Of a stretch of 64,000 nucleotides of DNA, positions 1 through 12,280 are shown piece after piece (position 1 is the stretch's first letter; each line of letters opens with the position of its first letter). The notes beneath the pieces are model-generated. The model made no database searches, was not told the DNA's origin, and saw only the letters and a program-made list of their open reading frames with translations. The stretch comes from Azolla caroliniana (Eukaryota > Plantae > Polypodiophyta): contig JBHGNT010000016.1 of assembly GCA_043228905.1 (NCBI GenBank), positions 6,386,001-6,450,000 on the forward strand, read 5' to 3'. Position numbers and translations under genes: made by a program.

Positions 1-556
1 GTCAAGCAAAAAAACAATCCTAGTTATTGAAATTCCGTCTCTGTACTCGTAATTACACAATACTAAGAGTAGTTCAATTTCAAGGACAGCACACAGTAAT
101 CACAGTTGAATCATTCAACCATGAACAGCCCCATAGTGGAGCAAGAAAGAAATCCTCATTATCAATAGAGCGTCTTGTCTCTTTACTAGTAATCTCCCCA
201 ACAACCAAAGATGGGACAGCATTTTAAGATGTAATCTCTCATTTGGTCTCATAAGTTAGTTTGGCCTCTTAAAAGATGTTACTACATTTTTCTTTTTTTC
301 TACTGGTAAGGATGCACTCTCGGCTGTTACCTACAGCGTTCAGAAGAATATCAACAGCAAAAGCCAACCGACATCCACCATTCTGAAAACAAGATTGAAG
401 GCAGTGCATAAAAATTTCTACTTATTTAATCTAAACACACATCAATCAAATCAAAACATCAAAAACCATAACTACCCAAAGGACATTCTTACATCTGCTA
501 TAAATCAAATAGAAACATCAGATGGCCCTAGAGAAACCCCCTACTATTACAAGCAC

Positions 557-3500
557 CTTATTAAATCTGCTATCGATATAATCAGCAAATTGTGTTCTGC
601 AGCAAACTTCCGTAGCCAAGGTAAGCGTGCCATTGAACCATCACGTACATCAACTATTTCAGATAGTATTCCTACTGGCGGCAATCCAGCCATGACTGCT
701 AAATCCAAAGCTGCTTCTGTATGCCCTGCCCTCTTCAGAACACCACCCTCTCTATATCTTAGAGGGAAGATGTGGCCAGGCCTTCGAAAATCATCTGGCT
801 TTGAATCAGGGGAAGAGAGCGCAAGAATTGTAGCTGCCCGATCTGAAGCTGAAACTCCTGTGGTAACCCCAAATTTTCCATCCTGGTGAATAACAATTTC
901 CAAAGTGGATATTTAGCATCCCAAACACACAGCATAAGACTAGCATACACTAATGAAAAAACACAAAGTTATTAGGTTCCGATTCACATGTAGTATACTT
1001 ACCACAGAAACTGTGAATGCAGTACTCAGAGCTTCTTCATTATCTTTGTCATTCACCATCAAAGGTAGCCTTAACCGATCTAGATCATCTCCTTTCATAG
1101 AGACACAAATTATCCCTGTACTATGTTGAGTGAGGAAGGCAAGCGCATTGGGATTGGCCATAGATCCAGCCATTATCAGATCACCCTCATTTTCTCTATC
1201 TTCATCATCAACAACAACTACAAACTGTACACAAATAAAAACATTTTTCAAAATCTACTATAAAGACCTCTCTCTCTCCCCCCCCTCCTTTTCAAAACTA
1301 GAATTTGGGCTCTTTATCTTATTGTATTATCTTCTATGAATGTTTCAACTTCTAGTTGTGTTACTAGGATTTGAGCTCTTTATCTTATTGTATTATCTCC
1401 TATTAATTATCAATAAAAGAAATACCAAAAGAGGTATCAATCTTTGGCTCTAATAAGGTATCAAATACTTTGAAAAGGGACAATCCAGCCTCTTGAGTGC
1501 GAATACAAAATTTCTACAAGGGTCATAACGAGAACAAAACTTCTCCAGTGGCGAAATAAGCAAATTTGGTGGTCCAATTGGATTTATTTTATCAGTCTCT
1601 AGAAGTTTTTTAGGTCCATTTAACTTATCAAACCTTGATAAAACCAGTTTTTTATTTTAACAAAACGCTGCATGGCCTATGGATGAATAGTTTGGATTAT
1701 CAACTTATTCCAGCACATGAAACGGATAGAAATGCACTCCTACCATTTGAATATAAGCCTTGATTTGCCCACTTTTTGCCATGACTAAGTCAAAGAGAAA
1801 TAAGAGGTATCTGTGGACACTAGATACAGAAAGAACTTGGTTCCATCGAAAAATCAGCTAAGCAACATGATGTGGCCAGGTATGAGTCTCTTCTTACATG
1901 TATCCCCAAATGGTTTCATTATTCATGCCAAGTATATATACACGGCTCACATGCCCTTTCCACAGTTTAGAGAAATGCACAAGTGATGACGATGCTATGT
2001 AGGAGCAACTTCAGAAGCTGTACCAAAATGTTAAAGCCTTCATCTTGACAGCCCTCTTACCAATCCTTCATCATCCATGTAAAAAATATAATCTCCTCTA
2101 TTGACAATATCTCCTGCTGCAGCTGGATAAATCATCATTATAGGTTGCCTACTAGGACTAAGATTGTTGCAGTTATACATCTCCTTTTTTTCACAACATT
2201 TTGGACATTGATTAAATCGTATAATAGATTCATCTCATGTGCTGGCAGTGCCTCCCGGAATGGGTAGACATTAATTTCTTTCAGTATCTCTCTAATTCTA
2301 CAATTATAACACAGATATCTTGATTGATATCTATCATAGAAAGTTAGGCGAGCCAATGACAATTAGTCTATTATTCATCGCGTTGATCACAAATAAAATG
2401 ACTCTCACAATATATCCATAACAAGTTAGGCAAGAAAAATGCAAACCAGATACTTGTAAACATGTTAATTATAAGCATTCAAAAGAAAAGAACCATAAAT
2501 AATGAACATATTTTTTATGAAGCTTATTAATCTTACATTACTTATACAGTTAGTAAATAATCTATTCGGTCCAGAATAAGAAGTCAGAGAAACATGCCTT
2601 GCCATCACGAATATCCCTCAGGGCATCTTCAATTGAAGCAAAACCAGCAGATGGGCAATCAATATCTTTCATGTCATCTTCACTAGGGAATGCAGAATCT
2701 AGTTGTAGTAAATTGGCAGTTATGCCATCAATGGGAGACTGTACTTCACTAACTGTAGCTGCAAATTCTCTGGACACACAGCTTTGGAAATTATCATAGC
2801 CAGAGTTGGAAGCATTGCTCTTGCTGCTGGCAAAAGCACCATCTCCAAATCCTGATATACAGCTTAATTGAGGATGAATACGATTCTGATTCTTCTTCGA
2901 AATTAGAAAGCTATTAGTATCCACCCTGTAAGACCAAGAAAAACTTAGTATCCATCCATGAGATTTCTCATCTAGAAATATAGAATCATAAGAAAATATG
3001 CATCTTAAAAGCAGTGTAGAAATTGGATAGCGAGAATGATAGAGAAATATGAAAGGTAGTATATGCATATCCTTATAAAGCCATCATATTTTATTTCAGA
3101 TTCTCAAAATGCGGAATACAAAACATTAACAATGGGAAAACATTACTTGATGCAATATTTCATTTGAGAAGATTTAAATTGCAAAATTTCCACTATAACT
3201 TTGAAAAGAAAAGCAATGAATGTCTACCATTTAGATATAAACCTGAAGAGGACAATGAAAATATTCAATACCCATAAAACATGATAAGTCTCTTTAACTA
3301 TGCAAATTCTTGAATCATAAAGTAGATGCAACAAAAGCATCTAATGCTAACAAACTGACCACCCTTTGCAAACAAGCACACAAGACTGTATAAGTACAAT
3401 CTGTACAACAATCAATATACAAAAACTCTTTTTGTACAAACCAATTATTCTTCATGACCAATTGTATTGCAGCAGATGCAATTAATTGCACATACTAGAA

Positions 3501-4482
3501 CATTATAGCAAATAAACTTGGAGGTAAAAAGCACAATGGCATTGTCCTCTATCATTTCAGGAAGTGTACGATTTACTCCATCAGATCTAGGAATGTTTTT
3601 TTGAGAAGAATGCTAATGATTCCATATCATTTAGAAAACCATAAACTTACCAATTAGTCCTTTCAGGTTTAGATATGTATGCATATTGTGTCGTTGTTTT
3701 ATGTTTTAAAATAATGACACAATAGGTGTGGAAGTGTGGGGTTTAAGTACTTGACATAATGACTTAGGCCATGTTTATAACTAGGAGTGGTGCTTTTTTA
3801 CATGGGCACAAAAGAAGATGAAGATGGGATACGTAAAGAAGAAAAAGCAAAAGTTAAGTATACATGAGACATCATGACAAAAATAAAGGAAGGTATATGA
3901 AGCTCCTCCCGTGTCAAAAATAGGGAACTGCTTGGTCCATATAAGTAGTGGTTGCTTAGTTCATTGGCTGTTTTCTGTGTTCAAGGTGTCTTTGGACCCA
4001 TTTTGTTGTAAACCAATTGTCTTATGGGCCAATTTTGGTCTTAGAAGACATTAATATTTCTTTCTTTCTTTCTCGATAAGGCGAATCTAGAAAATTTTAT
4101 TTCCCTCACATCGGAGCTGTATTGGGGGGAGATTGAAACTCTGCAAAGTTTGGCAGCTGTTAAAGAAGAAATCTCGGTTTTTTGGCGGTTCCTAGGTCAA
4201 TTGGTGTTGGAATCACTGCCCACGGCGACCCCTATACTCTCCTCACCAGTCTTTCATCACATATATGTACACACATTGCAAAATTTGGCTCACTTTGAGA
4301 AAAAAACAAAAGGATATCAAATTCCCATGCTCTGAAATGGAGAAATGAGAATAGAAAACATGTAGGGAGAAAAGGAAGAAGCAAAAAAAGGAGGACCTTA
4401 CACACCTGAATCTGATGATGGTGGGAGATGGTATTGGTGCCGAGCACAGGGCTGCTGTGAAATGAGACAGAACCGAATCCAT
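557..4482 (-). CDS. RIBA: Plastid bifunctional riboflavin biosynthesis protein RIBA (DHBP synthase domain visible; 3' exons lie left of the window). Exons 4406-4482, 2598-2925, 1003-1224, 557-882
   Basis: Spliced translation gives a Ser/Pro-rich transit-peptide-like start (MDSVLSHF...), then [16 protein letters not shown]|[19 protein letters not shown]...TAFTVSV|D...[13 protein letters not shown]...RRPGHIFPL...[16 protein letters not shown], the DHBP synthase motifs. Exon phases are compatible; intron 2 uses a GC donor. Confidence 0.92.
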
Positions 4483-4540
4483 CAAGAATTAAAACCCCTC
4501 TTCTCTCTTTTCTCTGCTCTTCTCTTCTCTTCTCTTTTCT

Positions 4541-4543
<3 letters not shown>

Positions 4544-4590
<47 letters not shown>
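4544..4590. repeat. (CT)n/(GA)n microsatellite in the RIBA 5' region
   Basis: Uninterrupted CT run; it produces the spurious ERERER ORFs. Confidence 0.95.
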
Positions 4591-4593
<3 letters not shown>

Positions 4594-4813
4594 CTTTTCT
4601 CTGATCTCTGCTCTGTTCTGATCTGACAATGGCTCTGGCTCTTTGAATGTGGCGTGTGTGCGTTTTGGGGGCGGCTAATACGAAAGAGAGAATACAAAAT
4701 ACAGAGAAGACCCCCAAAAGAAGAAGAAGAAGAAAAAGAAGACAATATAAATCAGAAGAGAAGGCCAATTCAAAAAGCACCTATGCTTTATTATACTGTA
4801 TACATACTATACA

Positions 4814-4814
<1 letters not shown>

Positions 4815-4844
<30 letters not shown>

Positions 4845-4870
4845 CACATACACATACACATACACATATA
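4815..4870. repeat. (TACA)n/(TACACA)n microsatellite
   Basis: tacatacatacata...cacatacaca seen directly. Confidence 0.9.
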
Positions 4871-5132
4871 TATGTATAATATCATACCATCCATCAGTCG
4901 AGAGACTGAACCCGATGAACCGACCAAGCAATCGAACGTGAGGAATCACACATGTGTGTGCGTGTGTGAACACAAGCACAGGTGCTTTTTTACACACGAT
5001 ACTGCAACAACTCGAGAGACTCGTGCTCTCCTCTACCACCTCGATCCACCAGCTGTCGTCAACGCCATTCGTCACCTACAAAAAAAAACCTCGTCCGAGA
5101 TTGTACCAAGTTGCCTCTAAAGTAAGCGAGCG

Positions 5133-5136
<4 letters not shown>

Positions 5137-5164
<28 letters not shown>
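5137..5164. repeat. (TG)n microsatellite
   Basis: tgtgtg run seen directly. Confidence 0.95.
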
Positions 5165-7099
5165 AACCATAATATGAACCATGTGTACCGTACGTGCATT
5201 CGCATTCAAGTATGTATGTTCCGATCATTCGAGTATGTATGGTGCACACCCTCAAAGTATGGTAATTTAATACCATGCTTCTGTATTCGTTATTTACCAT
5301 AAGATAAAACTTTTTTTTTAAGGTATAAAAAGTGAGAAAAAACGATTTAAAAAACATCCACCCAAAAACAAATTTTTAAAAATGAGTATGTTTTCACAAC
5401 ATACGCATTTGTTTGCAAACATATGAAAACAATTGTTTGAGTAGAATAATGTGAATATTATGTTCTATGCTTACACCTATACATTCTTGTTTAGTAGGCA
5501 AATGCATTTCGTGTTCGTGGCCCATCTCCAAGATAATAATAAAAATAACGTCCACAACATTTCTGTATGAACGAATGGATTCGCCACAATCATGATTTCC
5601 CTCGTTGGTAGATATTAGAAATACACACACACTTTCTCTCTCCCCCCCTCTGTTTGGTAAAACATGTACAATTATATTGATAAATGTGTGAAAAAAAACT
5701 ATTCTCTTTCTCTCATGAAAACGCACGCGCCCCACGCCATTATGTTGGTAAATGTGTGTGAAAAACTACTTTCTTTTTTTTCTTTGGTAAGAAATACTAC
5801 TCACTCAAATGTTTGTTTACTTTTAAACATGAGAATACAAAAGGACCCTATTATCCTTACTACAATAGTAAGTATCTTATGACAAGGTAAACTTCCTAAG
5901 GTGTTACAATAGTAATTGACATAAATGCAACTACTACAAGGACCAAGGTGCTTGCAATATTGGTGGCAAATTTTGTCAAAGCAATTTTCCTTCAATTATC
6001 CTAGTGATCTATTGTTATACTCCATGGAGACCATAAAAGAATGAACCTATTTCTCACTCCAATTGTACAACATCCCCAACACCCAAGGTAGTTAAAAAAA
6101 ACAACCACATATGACAAAGAGGTAAATTTCAACTTCCACTGAAAGGGTGACAAAATCATCCATGGTTCATGATACTCAATGTCAAAACATAACAAGCCAA
6201 TTTGCCTTAGCAAATAGACATGTAAGGAATATATGATTGTTATCCTCTTTATTCAATGTACAAAAAAAACATGCCAATGATTTAAATCCATCTCCAAAGG
6301 CAACAAGATCACCATTACCCACGAAAGAAACACTTTCACACATGATGGAAGAGGAGAAATGTCATCCTACATCCAAAAGCCGATCTCGCCATTATATACA
6401 ATGATTAATATGCCATGCATGCGAACCTCTCCCTCTCAAGTCTATACCAACCAGCCTTTAAAGCTCTTACTCATGTTGTACATGCTATGTAGGTATGGAT
6501 TTCATTCATGTAAACCATTTCCCATGTTCATTCCACCACATGCATTAATATCATGATCATGGAGCTTTAGGAAACATAGAACTTTTCTTTTCTTTGGTAT
6601 GAGTAATATGAATTCACTCATGTGTGTAATCATGATTTGTCTCTTTGCCCACTTTCGGCCTCTAGTCAATGTTAAACATAGTGTCTCTCCATGTCTATAT
6701 TACACATGTGCATGTGTTAAATTTTGGAGAAACCTAACGGGGAAACGTGTTAAAAGTTATGGTCAATTATGAAATTCTATATACATCGTAAGCACTTTAG
6801 TGAGCAATCAAATGTCAAAATGAGTATGTATTGTTGTTCTCTTTCACTTGTGCCTCCCTTCTTTATAATTGAAGATGTATGCATAAGGCTTACGAAATTG
6901 GCCTCTAAAACTAGAGATCTTTGATGTATAAAGGCTAAAATACTCAAATGGACAAAAAAGGAAGCACATGCAATGAAGATGTAAATCATGCAAACAATTA
7001 ATGGATTATCACGGTTGTCTCGCCTATGGCAAAACTATTTTGATGGGAAAAGAAGCACGTGCATGGAGAAAGTCATATATTTAATCATGCATTGCAACA

Positions 7100-7980
7100 T
7101 GGCATTGTCCTATTATTGGAGTACAAATTAGATCAAGCCTTTAGATAAAGGTGGATGTGTAAGCTCATGGACAAGTTGGATTTTGAAAACACCATAGCAC
7201 CATCAATCAACGGGTCAACCTTTGCATATTAATGAAAGAATATCATTTGAGAGAGATGAGCTTTCTATTTTTTATTTGTATACTTCAAGAAAGCTTTTGA
7301 TATGGTACCTTGTGAGCATCATTATAGGCATGTGGAAGAACTCATGGTGCGGAGTGAATATATGATTGCAATTCTTCAATCTATAATAAGCCTATATATA
7401 TATTGTATATGGGGATGGAATTTCAATTTTTTTTCAACTGCACTATTTGTGTTAAACAAGGATGCCCACTCTCACCGACTCTACTTGATCTATTCACCCC
7501 TATTGTAAAGGAAGAATGTATTGATGAAGTTGTCATGGAGAATGTGGTCATATTGTTTTTTGTATAATATAAATCATGTGGTGTTTTTTTCAATTGCACT
7601 ATTTGTGTTAAACAAGGAAGCCCACTCTCACCAACTCTACTTCACCTATTCACCCAGATTGTAAAGGAAGAATGTATCGAGCACGTTGTCATATTGTTTT
7701 TTGTACAATACAAATCATGTGGTGTTTATTGTAAATACTTTAGGAGATACACAAAATCTTACGAGGAAATTAGAAGAGTTTTGTATGCATAATGAGTTTA
7801 GTTTTAATAGCTCTAAAACAAAGATTCTGAAGAGCCAAAATAAGGATGACCCATGCATTATATACCATAATGAGCGACTTAAAACAGTCGAAAACTTTAA
7901 ATACCTTGTACTTCAAGTTCCCTCAAATCATAGATGGAATGAATGGCCATTGATCGCTTAGAAGCGAGAAAGAAAGCATA
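7100..7980 (+). mobile_element. Decayed non-LTR (LINE) reverse transcriptase fragment with an internal tandem duplication
   Basis: tttgtatacttcaagaaagcttttgatatggta resembles F(VD)FKKAFDMV. gtgttaaacaaggatgcccactctcaccgactcta translates to VKQGCPLSPTL and occurs twice (~7450, ~7605). ENFKYL lies near 7890. Ends are approximate. Confidence 0.8.
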
Positions 7981-9077
7981 TAGGAAAAATGTCAAGGTTC
8001 ACATTGTCGTGATGTGGCATATGTGCATGAATTCAAGTTTACGGTAGGTTAAGGGTTTGGTCAAAGACATAATTGAAGGGCATGTGACAAGATCAAATTT
8101 ATACTAGAAGTTGAAGTTAGCTCATATGGTAAGAGTAAACCACTGGAAAAATAAGGTCAACCTACGAAAGAGCAATGAAAGAAAATTTTGAGCTAATATG
8201 TGAAAGTGATGAAAATAAAGCAATCATTGGCATCGCAATGAATATTTTCTAGTGTTGGGCACCAATGCTAAGATAAGGATAATTGAATGGTAACAAAAAA
8301 AACAATTATGAAGGGAAATTTTGAGTTAATATTTGAAAGCGATGACAGTGAAGCAATCATTGACATGATAATTGTTGCGGAATCAAAAATAGTTAACCAA
8401 AATAAAGCTATTAAGTAAAAGCAAGATGCATACGAGAAACAAAGACACCAGAAATTTAATGAGGTTCGGCTAATTTTACTTACGCACTCAGACTCTATCA
8501 AGATTAATATTTCTCAAAGAAATATGACAAAAGAAGAAGCAACAATACCAAACTATTAAAGATGAGTTTGGAAAATATGATCCCTAAACTTAGGATAGGG
8601 GAGTTGAATTTATAATACAAGACTTTCCCTCTCCTTCCCACTCCTTTCAATGTATGGGAAAAAAAGGAGCAAGCATCCACAATAATGAACATTTTCTAGT
8701 TTTTTGGGAGTGCGCATTGGTCAAAAAGTCTTAGACTAGGTTTTTGAGAACTTTTGTGATTGCAAGGTGGTTGGGCTTTGTTACATGGGGAAATGTGGTC
8801 TACAGCTCATTCCATAATTCAATTTCTTCTTATGAGGTAGATTCTAATCATTCTTTCTGAATTAACAAAATGGATGCTTGGATTCTTGCAGTATTTCTGG
8901 GATAGATTGGCTCCAATAGTTATATGGTCTATATGGAATCCATGATGTCGTGATGTGGCGGGATCGAAGGTAGGAAAGTGACTAAAAAGAGGACAAGGAA
9001 TGGAGTGAAAGCGTGTGTGAAAAAGTATGAGAGAGAATGTGTAACGCATGAGAAAAGGGAAGCCACAAGTGTAAATA

Positions 9078-9544
9078 TGTTAATATAAATGTAAAGAATC
9101 GATGGTGATTCTTGTGTAGCGGAAGAGATGTGTGTTATGTGTATGTGTGAGAGGAATTAGAGGAGAGATGAGAGAACACAAGATAGATAGAAAAAGGAAT
9201 ACTCAAGAAGAAGATGATGTATATTTCACAAGTAGAATGGATATACAAAATTGTAGCATTACAAGGAATCACAACCGACTTAGTATGAAGTATGAGGAGG
9301 GTGCTTTATACAGAGTCACCCTCTCTCTTCATTAACTTTACAACAACCACTCTCTCTCTTGAGGAATGTGAAGATTCATAGTCATGGGGAATATGTAACT
9401 CATTAGTTATGTGTCATAGAATATGATTCTATGACACATAGTTAATGTGTAGAGAGTAGTGGTGTGACTCTTAACCTTTGACTAATCACGGATTCTCAAA
9501 AGGTGTGTTCACACGTTGCACTATATTGAGCTTGATTCTCAACA
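9078..9544 (-). repeat. 3' LTR of Copia 1
   Basis: Starts TGTTGAGAATC on the minus strand directly after the PPT at 9545-9557. The far end at 9078 (...ATATTAACA) is the best TG..CA candidate but cannot be confirmed without a partner LTR. Confidence 0.65.
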
Positions 9545-9776
9545 CGCCCCCTCAAGGTCAACTTGGGTCGGTTCCTTTTGATTGATGTCCGCTTCGACTG
9601 GTATCCGGTTCAAACGATCTCCGGTTTCCGCTTCGGCTCGTACTTGTTTGGACGGTATATGGTTCTCGCATGTACTCCCCCTCAAGCTTGGCAAGTCAGG
9701 AATCGTCAATCCAAGGTCTGACATGAATAATGGGAGTCTGATCCTTGATGGGGACACCCAGATCCTTCTAAATCCT

Positions 9777-10769
9777 CTAGAGCCATACGGCTTCACATGC
9801 AGCTACGACTGTGCCCCTGTATTCGGCCTCCGTACTCGAAAGTGCGACAATAGGCTGCTTCTTACTACTCCAAGATATTTCTCCGCTACCGAGCGAGAAG
9901 ACAAATCCGAAGGTTGATCGTCGATCGATTTTGTAGCCTGCCCAGTCCGCATATGTGTACCCTTCGAGTCGTATTGGTGTGGCTGATGCGTAGTGAACAC
10001 CGTAATCCATTGTGCTGCTCATGTATCGTAATACTCGCTTAGCGTAATCGAAATGGATATCTCGCAGAGTTTGCATGAATTGGCTAAGGAGTCCAACTGG
10101 ATAGCTAAGGTCAGGTTGAGTGATCGTGCGATAGATGAGGCTCCTGATCAGTTGACGATATTGGGTCGGCTCACATTCTTCTGTGCCGGAGTCAGCATCC
10201 AATTTAAGGTTTCGATCGAGAGGGGCTGCGACAAATTTACACTGAATCATCCCAAACTTGTATAACAAGTTGAGGATGTAGTGTCGTTGGGAGATCATAA
10301 TGCCGGTCGGAGTCTGTATTACCTCGATGCCTAGGAAGTAATGAAGCTCCTTCATGTCTGTCATCTCGAATTTGTTGGAGAGGAGGGTCTTTACCTTGTT
10401 GATGTTGACTAGACTTTCACCTCCAATGACCAAATCATCCACGTATAGGATGATGATAATTAGGCTTCTAGGGTTGTGTCGTACATAGAGGGAGTTGTCG
10501 GATTTCGACATTCGAAAGCCGATTTGATGAAGATATTGCGTAATCTTTGAATGCCAAGCATGCGGTGCTTGCTTGAGGCCATAGAGAGGCTTCTTGAGTT
10601 GGCATACGACTTTTGGATAAATGCGCGATTCGAAGCCGGGTGGTTGTACCATGTACACCTCATCTAATTCGCCTTGAAGAAAGGTGTTCTTGACGTCCAT
10701 TTGGTGGAGGTGCCACCCTTTTGCCGTTGCAAGTGCGATCACGGTTCGCACCGTCGTCATCTTTGCCAC
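9777..10769 (-). pseudogene. Copia 1 reverse transcriptase / RNase H start (disrupted)
   Basis: QMDVKNTFLQGEL, LYGLKQAP, LYVDDLVI, SWSSKKQPIVALSSTEAEY; premature stop and missing RNase H core. Confidence 0.9.
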
Positions 10770-11814
10770 CGGGGCAAAGGTCGCTTCATAGTCGACTCCA
10801 TGTGTTTGTGCGTATCCTTTTGCTACGAGTCGAGCTTTGTAATGGTTTACGGAGCTGTCAACATTATACTAGATCTATCTGCAACCAATTGCCTTCTTGT
10901 GCGGTGTGTGGGGAACAAGATCCCATGTCTCGTTCTTGGAGAGTGCTTGCATCTCCTCATTCGTCGCTTAAACCCATCTAGGGTCCGTCGTAGCTTTAGA
11001 AAACGTTTTTGGCTCCCGTACTGTCGCTACCTTCATAATAAAAGCGTAATGGTATGCCATATAATCGTTGTAGCCGAATCAGCTTACGGGGTTCTTTTCA
11101 TGGGTGGATCGACGGAGCTTCTCGTTTGTGGATACTACAACTTTCTCAAGGCCTTCGAACTCACTATCGAAGGAGTGAGTCGATTAGTTGCCGTTGAAGT
11201 GATCGTCTTCATACTTCGGCATTTTCGCCTTCCCTTTGTCCATCTTCGGACTCGGTCGATATGTGCTTTGATCGCTCGGGGGCTCTTGTGGCCCACTAAG
11301 CCTTGTCGTAATTGGGCTTTCTTCGAACATGCGCGTGAGTCGATCTTTGACTTCTATCTCTATTTCGACGGAATCTGGGTCGAGCGGAATCGAAGTCAAA
11401 GTTGTCTCTGGTGCGTACCAGGATGTGGACTCGTCGAAAATGACGTCTCGACTTACTCGAGATTTTCGAGTTGAGGGGTTGTAGCACTTGTACCCCTTTT
11501 GCTCTAGTGAGTATGCTACAAGGATACATTTCTCGGACTTCGGGTCGAGCTTTTGACGCTTCTCGTCGGGGATGTGCACGTATGCAATGGAGTTGAATAT
11601 CCGAACATGTGATAGGTTCGGCTTCTTTTCGAAAAACTTCTCGTGCGGACTAAGTTCGTGCACACCGATTCATGAGGTATACGACCGTGTTAGCCGCTTC
11701 TGCCTAGTACGACTTCGGCACGTGCTTTTCGTTCATCATGGCCTGTGCTACTTCGAGGATGTGCCGATTCTTTCGTTTGGCCACTCTGTTTTGTTGTGAC
11801 GTATGTCGACACAA

Positions 11815-12280
11815 TGTCAGGAATAGTACTAAACATAGAGAGGATTAGTACTAAATAGAGAGAGAATTAGTACTAGAGAAGGGAAGTACTATTAGTACTA
11901 AGGGGACGGGACTGCGTAAGACTCCCGAGAGAGGAAGAGAGAAGAGTAGAGAGAGAGATAGCGAGGACGAGAGAGAGAGAGAGATGATGATAACAGATTA
12001 TATCTTGTAAGAAGAGTAAGTACAAAAGGGCTATGAGGCTAAAGACTGGCGTTGAACCAATTTGGTTCAACATAATGCCTAGTGCCCTCTTTTATAGTGT
12101 TCTCAAGAGTAATCCTGAAGCTTCTAGAATGTTCTAGAGAAATATGGAATATACATTAATTTCCTATAATAAAATGTAAATGAAAATAATATCCTATGTA
12201 TTACAATAGATGATATAATGGTCAAGAACTCGACCCATATAACCTAAGGTCATGGGTTTGAGTCTTGCCATATCATGACA
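11815..12280 (-). repeat. 3' LTR of chromovirus A
   Basis: tgtcagg...catgaca; matches 17064-17547. Confidence 0.95.

Noticed and set aside
4232-5357. ORFs with ERERER, HIHIHI or CVCVCV runs
   Set aside because: These are translations of microsatellites in the RIBA upstream region.
10674-11474. 266-aa plus-strand ORF and similar ORFs (18067-18666, 25537-26013, 41423-42247, 43813-44445)
   Set aside because: Antisense shadows of retroelement coding sequence in GC-rich DNA, with no motifs of their own.
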